Positions 12,122-24,275 of a DNA stretch of 64,000 nucleotides are shown one piece after another. Origin of the DNA: Macrostomum lignano (taxonomy: Eukaryota); NCBI GenBank assembly GCA_002269645.1, contig NIVC01001332.1:186001-250000 (forward strand), read 5' to 3'. The notes under the pieces were generated by a model. That model made no database searches and was not told the origin of the DNA. It saw nothing but the letters and a program-made list of their open reading frames with translations. How positions within the stretch are numbered: position 1 is the stretch's first letter; each line of letters begins with the position of its first letter. The position numbers were made by a program, and so were the translations under genes.

Positions 12122-13145
12122 CAGAGATTCGTCCTATAGACGAACGGGTCAGAGCAGCGTCTGACAGCAAGTTCCAAGGAAGGACGAGAAGACGAAAAGT
12201 TGAGTGTTCTCACGCCGAAAACCGCTTCCTTAAATAGCCTTCCCAGCCGCCGCTCCAAGGTCGTTTCCATGACTTCCTCTCTCTGATTGGCTGCCGGAGA
12301 AATGACGTCAGAATGAGTCATGATGAGGAGCATGAAAACGCCATAGCAAAAGGAGAAATGGGGAAATTGCGCAATCCGGAGGTGGGGTGGGGGATAATTG
12401 GCGCAGCGGGAGGTCGAGTAAGTGTTGCGCAAGCAAACATTGAGAACAATAGGGCAGGGGTCGAGAACAAAGGAAATGGAAATCGGGGATAATTGGGGAG
12501 AACCGAGAACAATAGAAAAGTAAACATTGGAGAAAATGTGCTAAATGGGTGCGAAAAGGAGAACAATATAAAGAAAAAATCTGGGAAAATGTGATAATTG
12601 GGTGCGAAAACGAGAACAAAAGAATCAAAAACGAGAACATGAAGCATGAAAAACCTTGAGAAGAGAACAATAGCATGAGAAAAGGTTGCGCAAGAGGGGG
12701 TGATGAGTCATCGATGAGTCATCGGGGGGAAGGAGGGGTCAGAGGCCTTGCGTCACCGTTTGGGAGTTCAATAGGGGATGGGGTGACGGTGAGCGCACAA
12801 AGTACTGTAAGTAGGCACGGGATGAGAAGGGGACAGCGCAGGATAAACAGACAAAAATGAGACAAAAAGATGGGAGGCAAGAGAAGTACATGCTAGTTAG
12901 GGTAGAGCGCATGGGAAACGGGGAGGCGGGTAAGGTGCAGAGAGAAAAAGGGGCTCCGGAAAGGCACGTGTGGTGGAGCGGGAGACGGAGACGAGGCAGC
13001 AGGGGGATGCAGCAGAGCGGGAGTCAGTTGGCCAGGCAGAGACTTAGCCCAGTCTCGACGGCTCTGCCCAGAAGGTCACGGAGATCGGAGATACTTTAGA
13101 AAAATTTCCCTGGCCATATCCCGCGACCAGAGCGTGATTACATCA
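11161..13145 (-). mobile_element. Solo LTR-like element (1985 bp) in GPCR-B intron 2
   Basis: Ends TGATGTAA...TTACATCA form a perfect 8-bp inverted repeat. 4-bp TSD AGAA (11157-60, 13146-49). On the minus strand, CCAAT (12286) lies upstream of TATTTAA (12230). Confidence 0.75.
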
Positions 13146-13549
13146 AGAAGATTATTTTTATTCAACTAACTTTTTTAATCATTTGGTAAACATTAAGCTA
13201 AGGACAAAATGGATCGCTTCCATAGAAATAATGGCGTATTAAGTGGCAAGGACGTAGGTCAAATAAAAGAACGAAGTCCAATGACGCAGTACCACATCGA
13301 TGTACATGTAGGACCCCGGCCATAGGACGTAAAACGTACGAGAACGTCGTAATATGTTGGATGTAGAACGTAGTCTGTAGAATGAAGCATATACATAGAC
13401 TTTGGGATGGAGGTTGTATTAAATACAACAAACCACAGTGCATAGCTCATCCGTTAATATCAAGGGTACATTTCAGAAACGAATTACTGACTAAACCCAT
13501 GGTCAAGGCTCAGTCTCAATCAGATTCCATTATCACTCAAAATCTGCAG

Positions 13550-14089
13550 CGCCTTCGTCAACGCTTTCCTACACTACGGCGTCAACTTGCCAACTCCGCA
13601 CATTGTCTACGACGGCTTCTGCAAGCTGTGGTCGCTGCTGTGGATTGTTGGCAACGGCCTGTCCACCAACCTGCTCTGCTTCCTGGCCATAGACAGGCTG
13701 TACGCGGTGAGCCGGCCGCTGCAGCACCGGGCGAGCGCCAGCCGCGGTCGCTACTGCCTGCTGCTGGCCGCCTTCTGCGTCCCGTTCCTGGCTGTGGGCG
13801 CCTTCGGAGCCGCCACCTTTCGAATCTATGAATATCTGGGCCAGCAGCACTGCTACATTGATGAGAGCCTCCCGAATTGGGTGGGCATCGCCTATCAGGC
13901 CTACGCCACTCTGATTGCCAACGGCACTCTGGGCAGCTGCTTCCTGCTGATCGCCAACGCCGTTCTGGCTGGTCGGCTCTGCGCCATCGCGCGATCGCGT
14001 CGAGCTCGCTGGCGACTGCCTGAGGAGTCCGGCAGGCAGCTGCAGCAGTGGCGAGCGGATTTGCCAAGCAGCTCAAACCCGATGGAAAG
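13550..14089 (+). CDS. GPCR-B exon 3 (TM3-TM5)
   Basis: CTGCAG acceptor and GTGCGC donor, 540 nt like GPCR-A exon 3. Near-identical to GPCR-A from 13624 onward. Confidence 0.88.
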
Positions 14090-14734
14090 GTGCGCTTTTA
14101 CTGTAAATATACGTGGGCGTTCGATTTTGCGTTAAAACCTGTGAATTCGCTTTTTCGACTAATTCGCTTTGGTGCTGCTTAATCAGGTAGCGCAGTAAAT
14201 GGAATTATTAATCAGATTAGAATGGTAGGGCAGAGACAAGTTCACCTACGATTCAGCCTTGGCCTTATAAGATATGGCAAATGGCTTTGACCTTGATGGC
14301 TCACTGATTACAGAAAGTTTGTAAAATTGTAAAAAAATATTAATTACATCTTTCTGGGATGTCGTCCATTGTTACTGTGCGTATTACATGTACAGCTAAA
14401 GTATTCAATTTAGCTTAGCTAAATTAGCGAAGTTTAGCTTCTACCAGACGAAAGTGACTGAAAGGAAGCGATTTACCTTTCGTTAGATTGATGTGACACT
14501 ATTGTGGATTTCACATCAATTTAGGGCCTCTTTACTGGAACCCAATGTTAGTGCAGAGTCTGCGAGAATTGCAATTGTCCGACAGAATTACAAGGATATT
14601 TCAGGACCTGCTTGAGGAAAATACAGCTTCAGTCTAACATCCAATTATCCAATGATTTTGCTGAATCGCTTTTACAAGCTAGAAACTTGAAAAACTAAAG
14701 TGTCAAATGCCCTTTCCAACTACACGATCGAAAG

Positions 14735-15098
14735 GAACACGACAGCTCATGATCAGCAGCCAGTCGAGTCCGCTGCACCTGCCGCCCCGTCCTTTGCCGG
14801 TCCCCGAGTACCGAAGCGTCAGAAGCGCCACCAGGAAGCATCTACTGGAGCGGTCCGCACCGGGATGACCCTCATGGCTGCATCGGCTGCTCACCTAGCT
14901 GCTTCGCTGCCCAGGGCTGTCACATACCTGATCTCTGCCGTCATCCACTACGGCGGTTTAGCCGACTCCGAGTCCGGTGCGGCCCAACTGCGACTGGTGT
15001 TCTCTCTTGGCGGCTTATTTGACTACCTGTTCTTTGCTAACTGTTCGCTTAACTGGCTGATCTACTGCTCCAATTTACGGGAGCTCAGGCCCTGGTAG
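14735..15098 (+). CDS. GPCR-B exon 4 (TM6-TM7); 5' boundary uncertain
   Basis: AVRTGMTLMAASAAHLAASLPRAVTYL...NCSLNWLIY...LRPW* is paralogous to 5332-5725. The only in-phase AG found (14733-34) is weak. Confidence 0.75.
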
Positions 15099-15123
15099 GT
15101 CAAGGATTTGATGAAATTTTAAA

Positions 15124-15130
15124 CTACTAG

Positions 15131-15195
<65 letters not shown>

Positions 15196-15214
15196 TTACA
15201 ACAACAACAACTAC

Positions 15215-15247
<33 letters not shown>

Positions 15248-15268
15248 CTAATACTACTACTACTACTA
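15124..15268. repeat. Interrupted (TAC)n microsatellite
   Basis: Direct reading. Confidence 0.95.
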
Positions 15269-15590
15269 TTGGTTTTGTCAGCCTAACTGAGAATAAAGCC
15301 ATCCAAAGTGAGAATCCTGCCTACGCTGACTGCGAAGGGCCTGGCTGCGTGCAGCCTTAGTCTATGGGCCATAGACTATAAAGGATAAGCAAAGTGATAA
15401 AAAGCCATCCAATGTGAGAATCCTGCCTACGCTGAATACGAAGGGCATGGCTGGGTGCAGCCTAGTCTATGAGCCATAGACTATAAAGGACAAGCAAAAT
15501 AAAAGAATACGACGCATAGACCAATCGATTCTCACATTGGATGGCTTTTTATCACTTTGCTTGTCCTTTATTGTCTATGGCCAAAACCAA
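15269..15590. mobile_element. 322-bp MITE-like element inserted at a TA inside the (TAC)n tract
   Basis: Termini TTGGTTTTG/CAAAACCAA are inverted repeats flanked by TA. Internal ~110-bp duplication plus an inverted partial copy, with AGTCTATG(G/A)GCCATAGACT palindromes. Confidence 0.6.
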
Positions 15591-16109
<519 letters not shown>

Positions 16110-18670
16110 GTCACTTATTAGTAACTATAGTATCGATTACTTGCCTAACGACTGCAGCGGATCGGAAAACAACTAAAATATTTCTATTGCACCAAAAATT
16201 TAGAAGTAGAATGCAACATTAATCTTTAATAAATGCACCAAATCGTTATAGATGGCTACTTCTAGAAAAAAAGTGTTTTAATTTTTATGAATCATTTATT
16301 TGTACTCACCTTGTTTGTTAATGTCTAACTAGATCATGATACTGTTTCAATGTTAATGCATTAACCAATCACAAATCGTTAAATCTCTGTCAAAACAAGA
16401 TTGCCACTCATATTATAAAGATTATCTCAACGCAAATGCATGATGTATACGGTAACCGATTAATTAGATGCTAAAATTATTTGAAAATGCACAATATACT
16501 ACTCATTAGCGTCAGTGCACAAAGTTTAGGTTGTTAACTACAACATCTTTTGGATATAAAATAGTTAATACATACGTCGTCCAAAGAGATGGGGAAGTGT
16601 CAGAGCTTGCTGCTCGTGCTCCGGCGACTGTCTATGGCAAAGCCCCCACCCCACTTGGTGCAGTGCAAACTGCAGCACTAATATCAACATGAACGGATTG
16701 GCTGCTAAAACTGGAGCAATTGTAGCAAAAAGGCTGACATCATGGTGCTCGGTCCCAGGCTGCTACAACTTCCTGCAACTGCCACCGCCGCAGTCGACGC
16801 TCTAATCGATATATTCGTTCCCATGGCAACCGTTCTAACTTTAATGATCGATTTAGTTCAGCTAGGCTTCGCGAAACAATTCTCAAAAATGCTCAACGTC
16901 AGGCCGAGCCACTCGGACGCAGTTGAGATTCGGATGCGGATGCCCTATGAGTATTGGAATCTGCGCTGTCGGCGGCACAAGCTGAGCTACAATCAGGATC
17001 AGCTGGACCTGCTGCTGATACCCTAATCTTAATACTTTATAGGTACACTTATAGTTACACATTATTTATTAAGAGTGGACTGAGTGATTCGTCTACTCTT
17101 ATTGGTTGCACGTACGTACGAGACCTATCACCACACCATTTGGAGTTTTATAAGCTGCCCATAGACCAATCCAGGAAGTCCACAGCGACTGAGACAACCA
17201 GAGAGAGCAAGGTTGCTGCTGATGCTGTCAGGGAGAGACAACCCGAGCGGACCCAGAGCGGTCGGAGCGGGACGGGGTCGTCGGGGACCTCTTTTTCGAG
17301 ACATCCTTGACACCAAAAGTGACAGCTCGACACCCATAAATAAGAATCATTAGTTATAAAATTTTTCATTCAGTTTAATTTTATTTTTAAAAGGCGTTGG
17401 ACGATTGAATGCAGCTGTACGTAAAGTTGCTAGCTGTCAACAATATATCGAACTTTTGTTCTCTGCGGTTCACCTCATTAATGGTCTCTAGCTACTGAAG
17501 CTTTCATCACAATCAACCTCTCATGCAGGATCATTCCTATAAAACTATCTTCGAACTTTTCCTCGAAAAAATATAATATAGACTGGATTTTTATGCCCGA
17601 AGAGGTCTCCAATTACCAACTAACAGTAATATACTCGTACGCTGAGCTTTTACCCTCGATTTAGTGTCGATTTTTTCTGATCGATTAACTTATACAGACT
17701 TACTCAGATTTTGTTCGTTTTTAACATATTTTCATGTGTCTAATAAAGGGCTTTCCAGTCAGTCCGGCGACAGATTTCGTATTGTAGATTTTACGGATTT
17801 TAGACACAAATAAAACTTTACATGAACAGAGTTCAGTTTTTAATTTTACATGTAGAGAATTCACCTTTGGGCGGCCGGTATCTTTTCTAATAAAATTTTA
17901 CATTATGGCTGTACTTCTGACATAATTTGAGTGTCACATCAAACGTTCGAATGTATAATATCGAGGCTTTTCACATTACCATTTCCAGAACCAGAATTGG
18001 TTCGGATATCTTCCAAGAAAAAAAGCAGTACAACTATTTACATGCTATGGTTGGGTTGAATGGTTGGGTGCCTTATCAACCCCACTTTGCACAAATTTTC
18101 ACTTTCTTCTTGGCAATTGCCATTCAATTATTAAAACTTTAATGAAAATACAGAGAGTATCGATTTTGTTCAGTTTCCCACTTTTAAGCAATATCATCAT
18201 TATAATAAAGTTACAAGCTGTTGAAAACCGAGCATTTTGAACCCGCTAAATCTGGATTAATAACAATAATAGCCGTTATAATAATTATAACAATGAAGCT
18301 CTCTAATTTCTTTAAATGCCAGTAGCCGATTTACATGTAATAGCTCTTTTTACTACACCTTGTCGCCGAATCGTCCATTCGCCGGATTTACTGGATACCC
18401 TAAAAAGGCCATCTTTTTTATAATTACGAGCCAGGAGGTATTCTATTAGCAACGTATTAAAAAAGAGAAAGAAAAAAGTCAACAGAACGCTGAAACATTT
18501 TTAGGATTTGCAATTGATCATAAAGATGTTTTATTGAAATTTTAGATCAGTTTAAATTTCAATCATGTATTGTTTTTGTTATTGTTTCAAAAGTTTAAAT
18601 TGGGCTAATGAAATTTCCGCCCAAACATTGGTATTTCCAGTTTCAGATCTTGATTTGCTTCTACTCTTCA

Positions 18671-19702
18671 TCACATATTTGTTTCAACGCTTCTTTCGTC
18701 GCGTCGAGTGCCTCGGCTGCTCGGGGCCGGGCTTTTTGACGCGGCACCGGCCACAGGACGGCACAGCACGAAGCGAGTGAACTGGCGATGGAAAACCAGG
18801 TAGATCAGCGGATTCACCAGCGAGTTGATGGCTGACATGAAGGGAAACACGAAGTAGTGCACCACGAATGGCAGAGCGTCGAAGTACGTTCCCAGGTTCC
18901 AGGCCATGTAGTTCACAGTGTCGGGCAGGTTGAACACAATGAACGCCACCACGGTGAAGCCAATAAGGATGGTGAATCTCCTTGACGCCGATTCCGAATT
19001 ATTTGACGAAGATGACATTTTAGCCGACCTGCGCAGGTGAAAAATGATGACGGCGTAGGAGCTGAGCATGCAGAGAGTTGGCAGCAGCACAGTGATGCTG
19101 GTGCTTGCGACGCTCAGAGGTCGCAGGGCGGCTTCGGGCACTCGATTGCGACTGTCGCAGATGATCTCAGAGTTAGTTACCGAGTTGTTGACCTCAGCAT
19201 CGCCGTCAACTGCAGCTGCCTCTCCTGGCACCTGTTGCGGCCAATACGACAGCAGGTTTAGCGGCACGTAAGCAAGGAAGCTGACCAGGAAGATGGTGGA
19301 GTAGAAGAGCTTCAGCATGTACCGTTTGCGTCTCTGCCACCAGAAGTGGCAGCAGATGCAGAGACAGCGCTCGATAGTGAAAGCGAGCGTGTTGTAGATG
19401 CTGCAGTTGATGGTGTACCAGAATAGCATGGCGCTCTCGTTGCCAAGAATGCAGAACAGGTACCAGCTGGAGTCGAGGGTGTTGGACTGACTCGGCCGCG
19501 GGATGGACTGCAGCTGCACGAACACAATGTTGGTTGACAGGACCAGCAGGTCAAAGACAGCCTGGCTGCGAACCAGAGCGGTGGCGGATTTCGAAGCAAT
19601 TTTGTGTCGCAGTGCGAACACCAAGAGTAGAGCGTTGAGCAGAATGCCGACGGAGGACAGGGGCAAACTGATCAGCAGGAGCTTCTGGCCTGGATCGCTC
19701 AT
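18671..19702 (-). CDS. GPCR-C: single-exon rhodopsin-like GPCR, 343 aa
   Basis: Seven hydrophobic segments, with GILLN (TM1), TIERCL (DRY-like), FNLP (TM6) and NSLVNPLIY (NPxxY). Confidence 0.9.
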   Translation of the reverse strand: MSDPGQKLLLISLPLSSVGILLNALLLVFALRHKIASKSATALVRSQAVFDLLVLSTNIVFVQLQSIPRPSQSNTLDSSWYLFCILGNESAMLFWYTINCSIYNTLAFTIERCLCICCHFWWQRRKRYMLKLFYSTIFLVSFLAYVPLNLLSYWPQQVPGEAAAVDGDAEVNNSVTNSEIICDSRNRVPEAALRPLSVASTSITVLLPTLCMLSSYAVIIFHLRRSAKMSSSSNNSESASRRFTILIGFTVVAFIVFNLPDTVNYMAWNLGTYFDALPFVVHYFVFPFMSAINSLVNPLIYLVFHRQFTRFVLCRPVAGAASKSPAPSSRGTRRDERSVETNM

Positions 19703-19924
19703 CTTAATCTAAGGTTCCCTGGAGAATGCGTTGAAATTCAGGTTTTAGTTGGAAATCAGTTGGTTCTGAACAAGCTCAAACCCATATGACACACACTTAC
19801 CAGTTTTACCTTGATAGTAGCCTGTCCCGGATGCAGACCTGGGGAACGGCAGGTGGAATAGCTTCAACTTTATATACGGGAATTGGGGATTTGCACAACA
19901 GTTTCAAATGCCTGCTGATTGGCT

Positions 19925-21342
19925 CTAGAGAGATTTAGAGACAACTCTATGGGAGATTTAGAGACAACTCTAGGGGAGATTTAGAAACGACTCTAGGGGA
20001 GATTTAAAGACAACTCTAGGGGAGATTTAGAGAAAAATCTAGGGGAGATTTAGAGACAACTCTAAGGGAGATTTAGAAACGACTCTAGGTAAGATTTAGA
20101 GACAACTCTAGGGGAGATTTAGAGACAACTCTAGGGGAGATTTCGAGACAACTCTAGGGGAGATTTAGAGACAACTCTAGGAGAGATTTTAAGACAACTC
20201 TAGGGGAGATTTAGAGACAACTCTAGGGGAGATTTAGAGACAACTCTAGGGGAGATTTAGAGACAACTCTAGGGGTGACTTAGAAACGACTCTAGGGGTG
20301 GCTTAGAAACGACTCTAGAGGAGATTTAGAGACAACTCTAGGGGAGATTTAGAGACAAATCTATGGGAGATTTAGAGACAACTCTAGGGGAGATTTAGAG
20401 ACAACTCTAGGGGAGATTTAGAGACAACTCTAGGGGAGATTTAAAGACAACTCTAGGGGAGATTTAGAGACAACTCTAGGGGTGACTTAGAAACGACTCT
20501 AGGGGTGGCTTAGAAACGACTCTAGAGGAGATTTAGAGACAACTCTAGGGGAGATTTAAAGACAACTCTAGGGGAGATTTAAAGACAACTCTAGGGGAGA
20601 TTTAAAGACGACTCTAGGGGAGATTTAGAGACAACTCTAGTGGAGATTTAAAGACAACTCTAGGGGAGATTTAGAAACGACTCTAGGGGAGATTTAGAGA
20701 CAACTCTAGGGGAGATTTAGAGACAACTCTAGGGGAGATTTAGAGACAACTCTAGGGGAGATTTAGAGACAACTCTAGGGGAGATTTAGAGACAACTCTA
20801 GGGGAGATTTAGAGACAACTCTAGGGGAGATTTAGAGACAACTCTAGGGGAGATTTATAGAAAACTCTAGGGGAGATTTAGAGACAACTCTAGGAGAGAT
20901 TTAAAGACAACTCTAGGGGAGATTTAGAGACAACTCTAGGGGAGATTTAGAGACAACTCTAGGGGAGATTTAGAGACAACTCTAGGGGAGATTTAGAGAC
21001 AACTCTAGGGGAGATTTAGAGACAACTCTAGGGGAGATTTAGAGACAACTCTAGGGGAGATTTAGAGACAACTCTAGGGGAGATTTAGAGACAACTCTAG
21101 GGGAGATTTAGAGACAACTCTAGGGGAGATTTAGAGACAACTCTAGGGGAGATTTAGAGAAAACTCTAGGGGAGATTTAAAGACGACTCTAGGGGAGATT
21201 TAGAGACAACTCTAGGGGAGATTTAGAAACGACTCTAGGGGAGATTTAGAGACAACTCTAGTGGAGATTTAAAGACAACTCTAGGGGAGATTTAGAAACG
21301 ACTCTAGCGGAGATTTAGAGACAACTCTAGAGGAGCTTTAGA
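19925..21342. repeat. 23-bp minisatellite (GGGGAGATTTAGAGACAACTCTA), about 60 copies
   Basis: Direct reading. Confidence 0.97.
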
Positions 21343-21581
21343 GATACTTATTTTTCGTATCGCTGGCACTACTGTCAAGCAGGGAACTATGAATATTCAA
21401 AACCCAACACAGCAATAACTTGTAATCAAAAGATTATGAAAAGAAAACCAGCGTGGCCATCCAGCTTTATTTAGGGCATTGAAAATCTAAAAACCATTCA
21501 TCCAACCGACACAGAGCGCAAATTGTTCAAAAACAAAAATTGCCATTTCAGCATATAATTCACGTCGGGTTTTGTTGGAAA

Positions 21582-23642
21582 TCATTTCCGACACCTCAGC
21601 ACCGCCCAGGTGACGGATCGGCGCGAGTTCGCCGAGGCCGCTTTCGCCGCCGCGGCAGCCGCAGCCGCTGCCGCCGTGTCGGCCGCCAGATTACACTCGG
21701 CTTGCAGACGCTGGTCGAACATTTCAGCTGGCAGGTGGACAATTATCGAGCACCGCCGGCACGGCTTCGTGGCCATCGCAGTCGGCGAGGACTTCCGCCG
21801 CAGCCGCTGCTGGTTCAGCTGGTCCACTGCCATGGCGCTGATCCCCGACTCAACCGAGATCGAGTTGCGCTCGTCAATCCGTGAGAACACGGCCGGCTTC
21901 TGTCGTCGCAACGAGGCCACCGCCGCTGGCGAAGACGACGCCGCTGGAGACGCATTTTCTGTCGAGTGTCGGCGTAGACGACGTTGCAAAAACCGAGCGC
22001 CGCGACGAAACAGCTGGTAGTGCCAGTTGCCGCGCCGGCTGCCGCTGCCGAGTGGCGTCGCGAGCCCCGCCGCGGCCGACTGAGCCGACAGGCGGTTCCT
22101 CGTCGCCGTGGTCCACGGTGGGAACGCCGGCGAGGCAAGTCTGGCGGCGGCAGCGGCAACGTCGATGGCTGCAACAGCCGGACTGCCGTGGATGGTCAGC
22201 TCGAGTTCGCTGCTGCTGTCTTCCACGTCGTCGTCGTCATCGTCGTCGTCGTCCAAGTCGTCGTCGTCGTCGTTGGAGTCGATGATGCCGGAATTTTCCG
22301 TGCCTTCATTGACTGCGTCCGCTTGCTGAGCTGCGTTAATCGCGTCTTCTTGTTCGTCAGCTTCGTTCTCAAGCTCGCCAGCGCGTAGATCCTCCTCTGC
22401 CAAGCCCGGCTCGTCTCCGGCAACGTCAACCTCCTCTTCGTCGTCCGTGTCTTCGTCCGCTTCTGTGGTGTCAGTGCCGTCTCGATCCTCGCCTGCGGTG
22501 AAGTCGTCTTCCTCGATAGTGGCCGAACCGGATTCTTCGCCAAGAGCAATCGACGTGTGAATTGTAACTTCAACCACTCCAACGACGTTTGTCTCGTAGT
22601 GTATAGTGTGAAAATGCGCCTCATCAAGCACAGCATCCATGCTCTCAATTGCAGTTATTAATTGCTCACTGTCAGTAGCCGCTTGCTCAATCAGACAGTC
22701 GATTGCGTTGCCAATAGCTTCCACTTTTGGCTCGTTGCTTGTAACTTCCTCTTCTTCCGCTTCCTGATCTGCAACTTCCGCTTCCTGATCTGCAACTTCC
22801 GCTTCCTGATCTGCAACTTCCGCTTCCTGATCTGCAACTTCCGCTTCCTGACCTGCAAATTCCGCTTCCTGACCTGCAAATTCCGCTTCCTGACCTGCAA
22901 ATTCCGCTTCCTGATCTGCAACTTCCGCTTCCTGATCTGCAACTTCCGCTTCCTGATCTGCAACTTCCGCTTCTTTGCTAGTGGATTCTGCTTCCATTGT
23001 ATTTTCTGTAACCTCTGTTTTATCTTTTTCAACTTCTGCTTTCTTGACTGAATCTTCAGCTTTCTTAGCGTCATTAGCATTGAATGTCTCGTCCTCAACA
23101 TTCACTGTCTTATCCTCAATATTCACTGCCTTATCCTCAACCGTCGCTGTCTTGTCCTCAACGGTCGCTGTCTTGTCCTCAACGGTCGCTGTCTTGTCCT
23201 CAGCGGTCGCTGTCTTGTCCTCAGCGGTCGCTGTCTTGTCCACAACGGTCGCTTTCTTGTCCTCAGCGGTCGCTGTCTTGTCCTCAACGGTCGCTGTCTT
23301 GTCCACAACGGTCGCTGTCTTGTCCTCAACGGTCGCTGTCTTGTCCTCAGCGGTCGCTGTCTTGTCCTCAGCGGTCGCTGCCTTGTCCTCAACGGTCGCT
23401 GTCTTGTCCTTAACGGTCGCTGTCTTGTCCTCAACGGTCGCTGTCTTGTCCTTAACGGTCGCTGTCTTGTCCTCAACGGTCGCTGTCTTGTCCTTAACGG
23501 TCACTGTCTTGTCCACAACGGTTACTGTCTTGTCCACAACGGTTACTGTCTTGACGTCACACTCGTTTGGTTCGCTAGATGAAGCTGTAGGAGCGTCGGG
23601 ACGAAGTTCTTCATCGTTCTGTTTCAGTTGCTCGGAAGACAT
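21582..23642 (-). CDS. Orphan acidic low-complexity protein (~686 aa) with two 7-aa tandem repeat blocks
   Basis: Open frame 21582-23831; the likely start is MSSEQ at 23642, where composition changes. GC-rich codon usage like the other exons. (DKTATVE)n, (QEAEVAD)n and D/E tracts. The 3' end could be spliced instead. Confidence 0.65.
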   Translation of the reverse strand: MSSEQLKQNDEELRPDAPTASSSEPNECDVKTVTVVDKTVTVVDKTVTVKDKTATVEDKTATVKDKTATVEDKTATVKDKTATVEDKAATAEDKTATAEDKTATVEDKTATVVDKTATVEDKTATAEDKKATVVDKTATAEDKTATAEDKTATVEDKTATVEDKTATVEDKAVNIEDKTVNVEDETFNANDAKKAEDSVKKAEVEKDKTEVTENTMEAESTSKEAEVADQEAEVADQEAEVADQEAEFAGQEAEFAGQEAEFAGQEAEVADQEAEVADQEAEVADQEAEVADQEAEEEEVTSNEPKVEAIGNAIDCLIEQAATDSEQLITAIESMDAVLDEAHFHTIHYETNVVGVVEVTIHTSIALGEESGSATIEEDDFTAGEDRDGTDTTEADEDTDDEEEVDVAGDEPGLAEEDLRAGELENEADEQEDAINAAQQADAVNEGTENSGIIDSNDDDDDLDDDDDDDDDVEDSSSELELTIHGSPAVAAIDVAAAAARLASPAFPPWTTATRNRLSAQSAAAGLATPLGSGSRRGNWHYQLFRRGARFLQRRLRRHSTENASPAASSSPAAVASLRRQKPAVFSRIDERNSISVESGISAMAVDQLNQQRLRRKSSPTAMATKPCRRCSIIVHLPAEMFDQRLQAECNLAADTAAAAAAAAAAKAASANSRRSVTWAVLRCRK

Positions 23643-24094
23643 CGAAAAAGTGATTCGCGGAGGAAAAGGTTGCAAAAATATTCTTGAAACTTTTCTATGC
23701 TTCAAACGAATCGTTTCTGAGCACATATTTATTATTTTTCTTTCTAAGCAAAGAATAACATGAGCAACTAAATTGTCTATGGAAAGGTGGTGCCTCTTGT
23801 GAACGAATACGAGCGAGGTTATAATTACCAATGAACATTTCTTTAAATAACTTAGCTCGTCTAACTATAGTGTTTGCTAATTTAAATCTACCTGATTAGT
23901 TATTGAGTTTGATTTATATCAACTATCGCAGTTTTAAGCTCAGTATTTTGAAGTCAATAACTTTTACATTACACGGACGTTAACGCCGGACTTCGGGTAC
24001 TTCGTCGGAGGTGCGAATATTGCACGGGACTTCGTCACCAGCTTTGTGTACTGCATCCCATTGACATTATTTCGATTGTCTGCCTCCAAAATCA

Positions 24095-24275
24095 TATGCA
24101 CAATCTACCATTGTCTGTCTCCAGAACCATAGACACAATCTACCATTGTCTGTCTCCAAAACCAAAAGACACAATCTACCATTGTCTGTCTCCAAAACCA
24201 AAAGACACAATCTACCATTATGTGTCTTCAAAACCAAAAAGACACAATCTACCATTATCTGTCTTCAAAACCTCC
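24095..24275. repeat. 36-bp tandem repeat (ACACAATCTACCATTGTCTGTCTCCAAAACCAAAAG), about 5 copies; one inverted unit at ~26530-26572
   Basis: Direct reading; 12-aa period in ORF 24096-24422. Confidence 0.9.

Noticed and set aside
16598-17324. TGTCA...TGACA-bounded segment as a solo LTR
   Set aside because: No matching target-site duplication at either candidate right end.
21610-23763. Plus-strand and alternative-frame ORFs overlapping the orphan gene
   Set aside because: Antisense shadows of a GC-rich, repetitive coding region.
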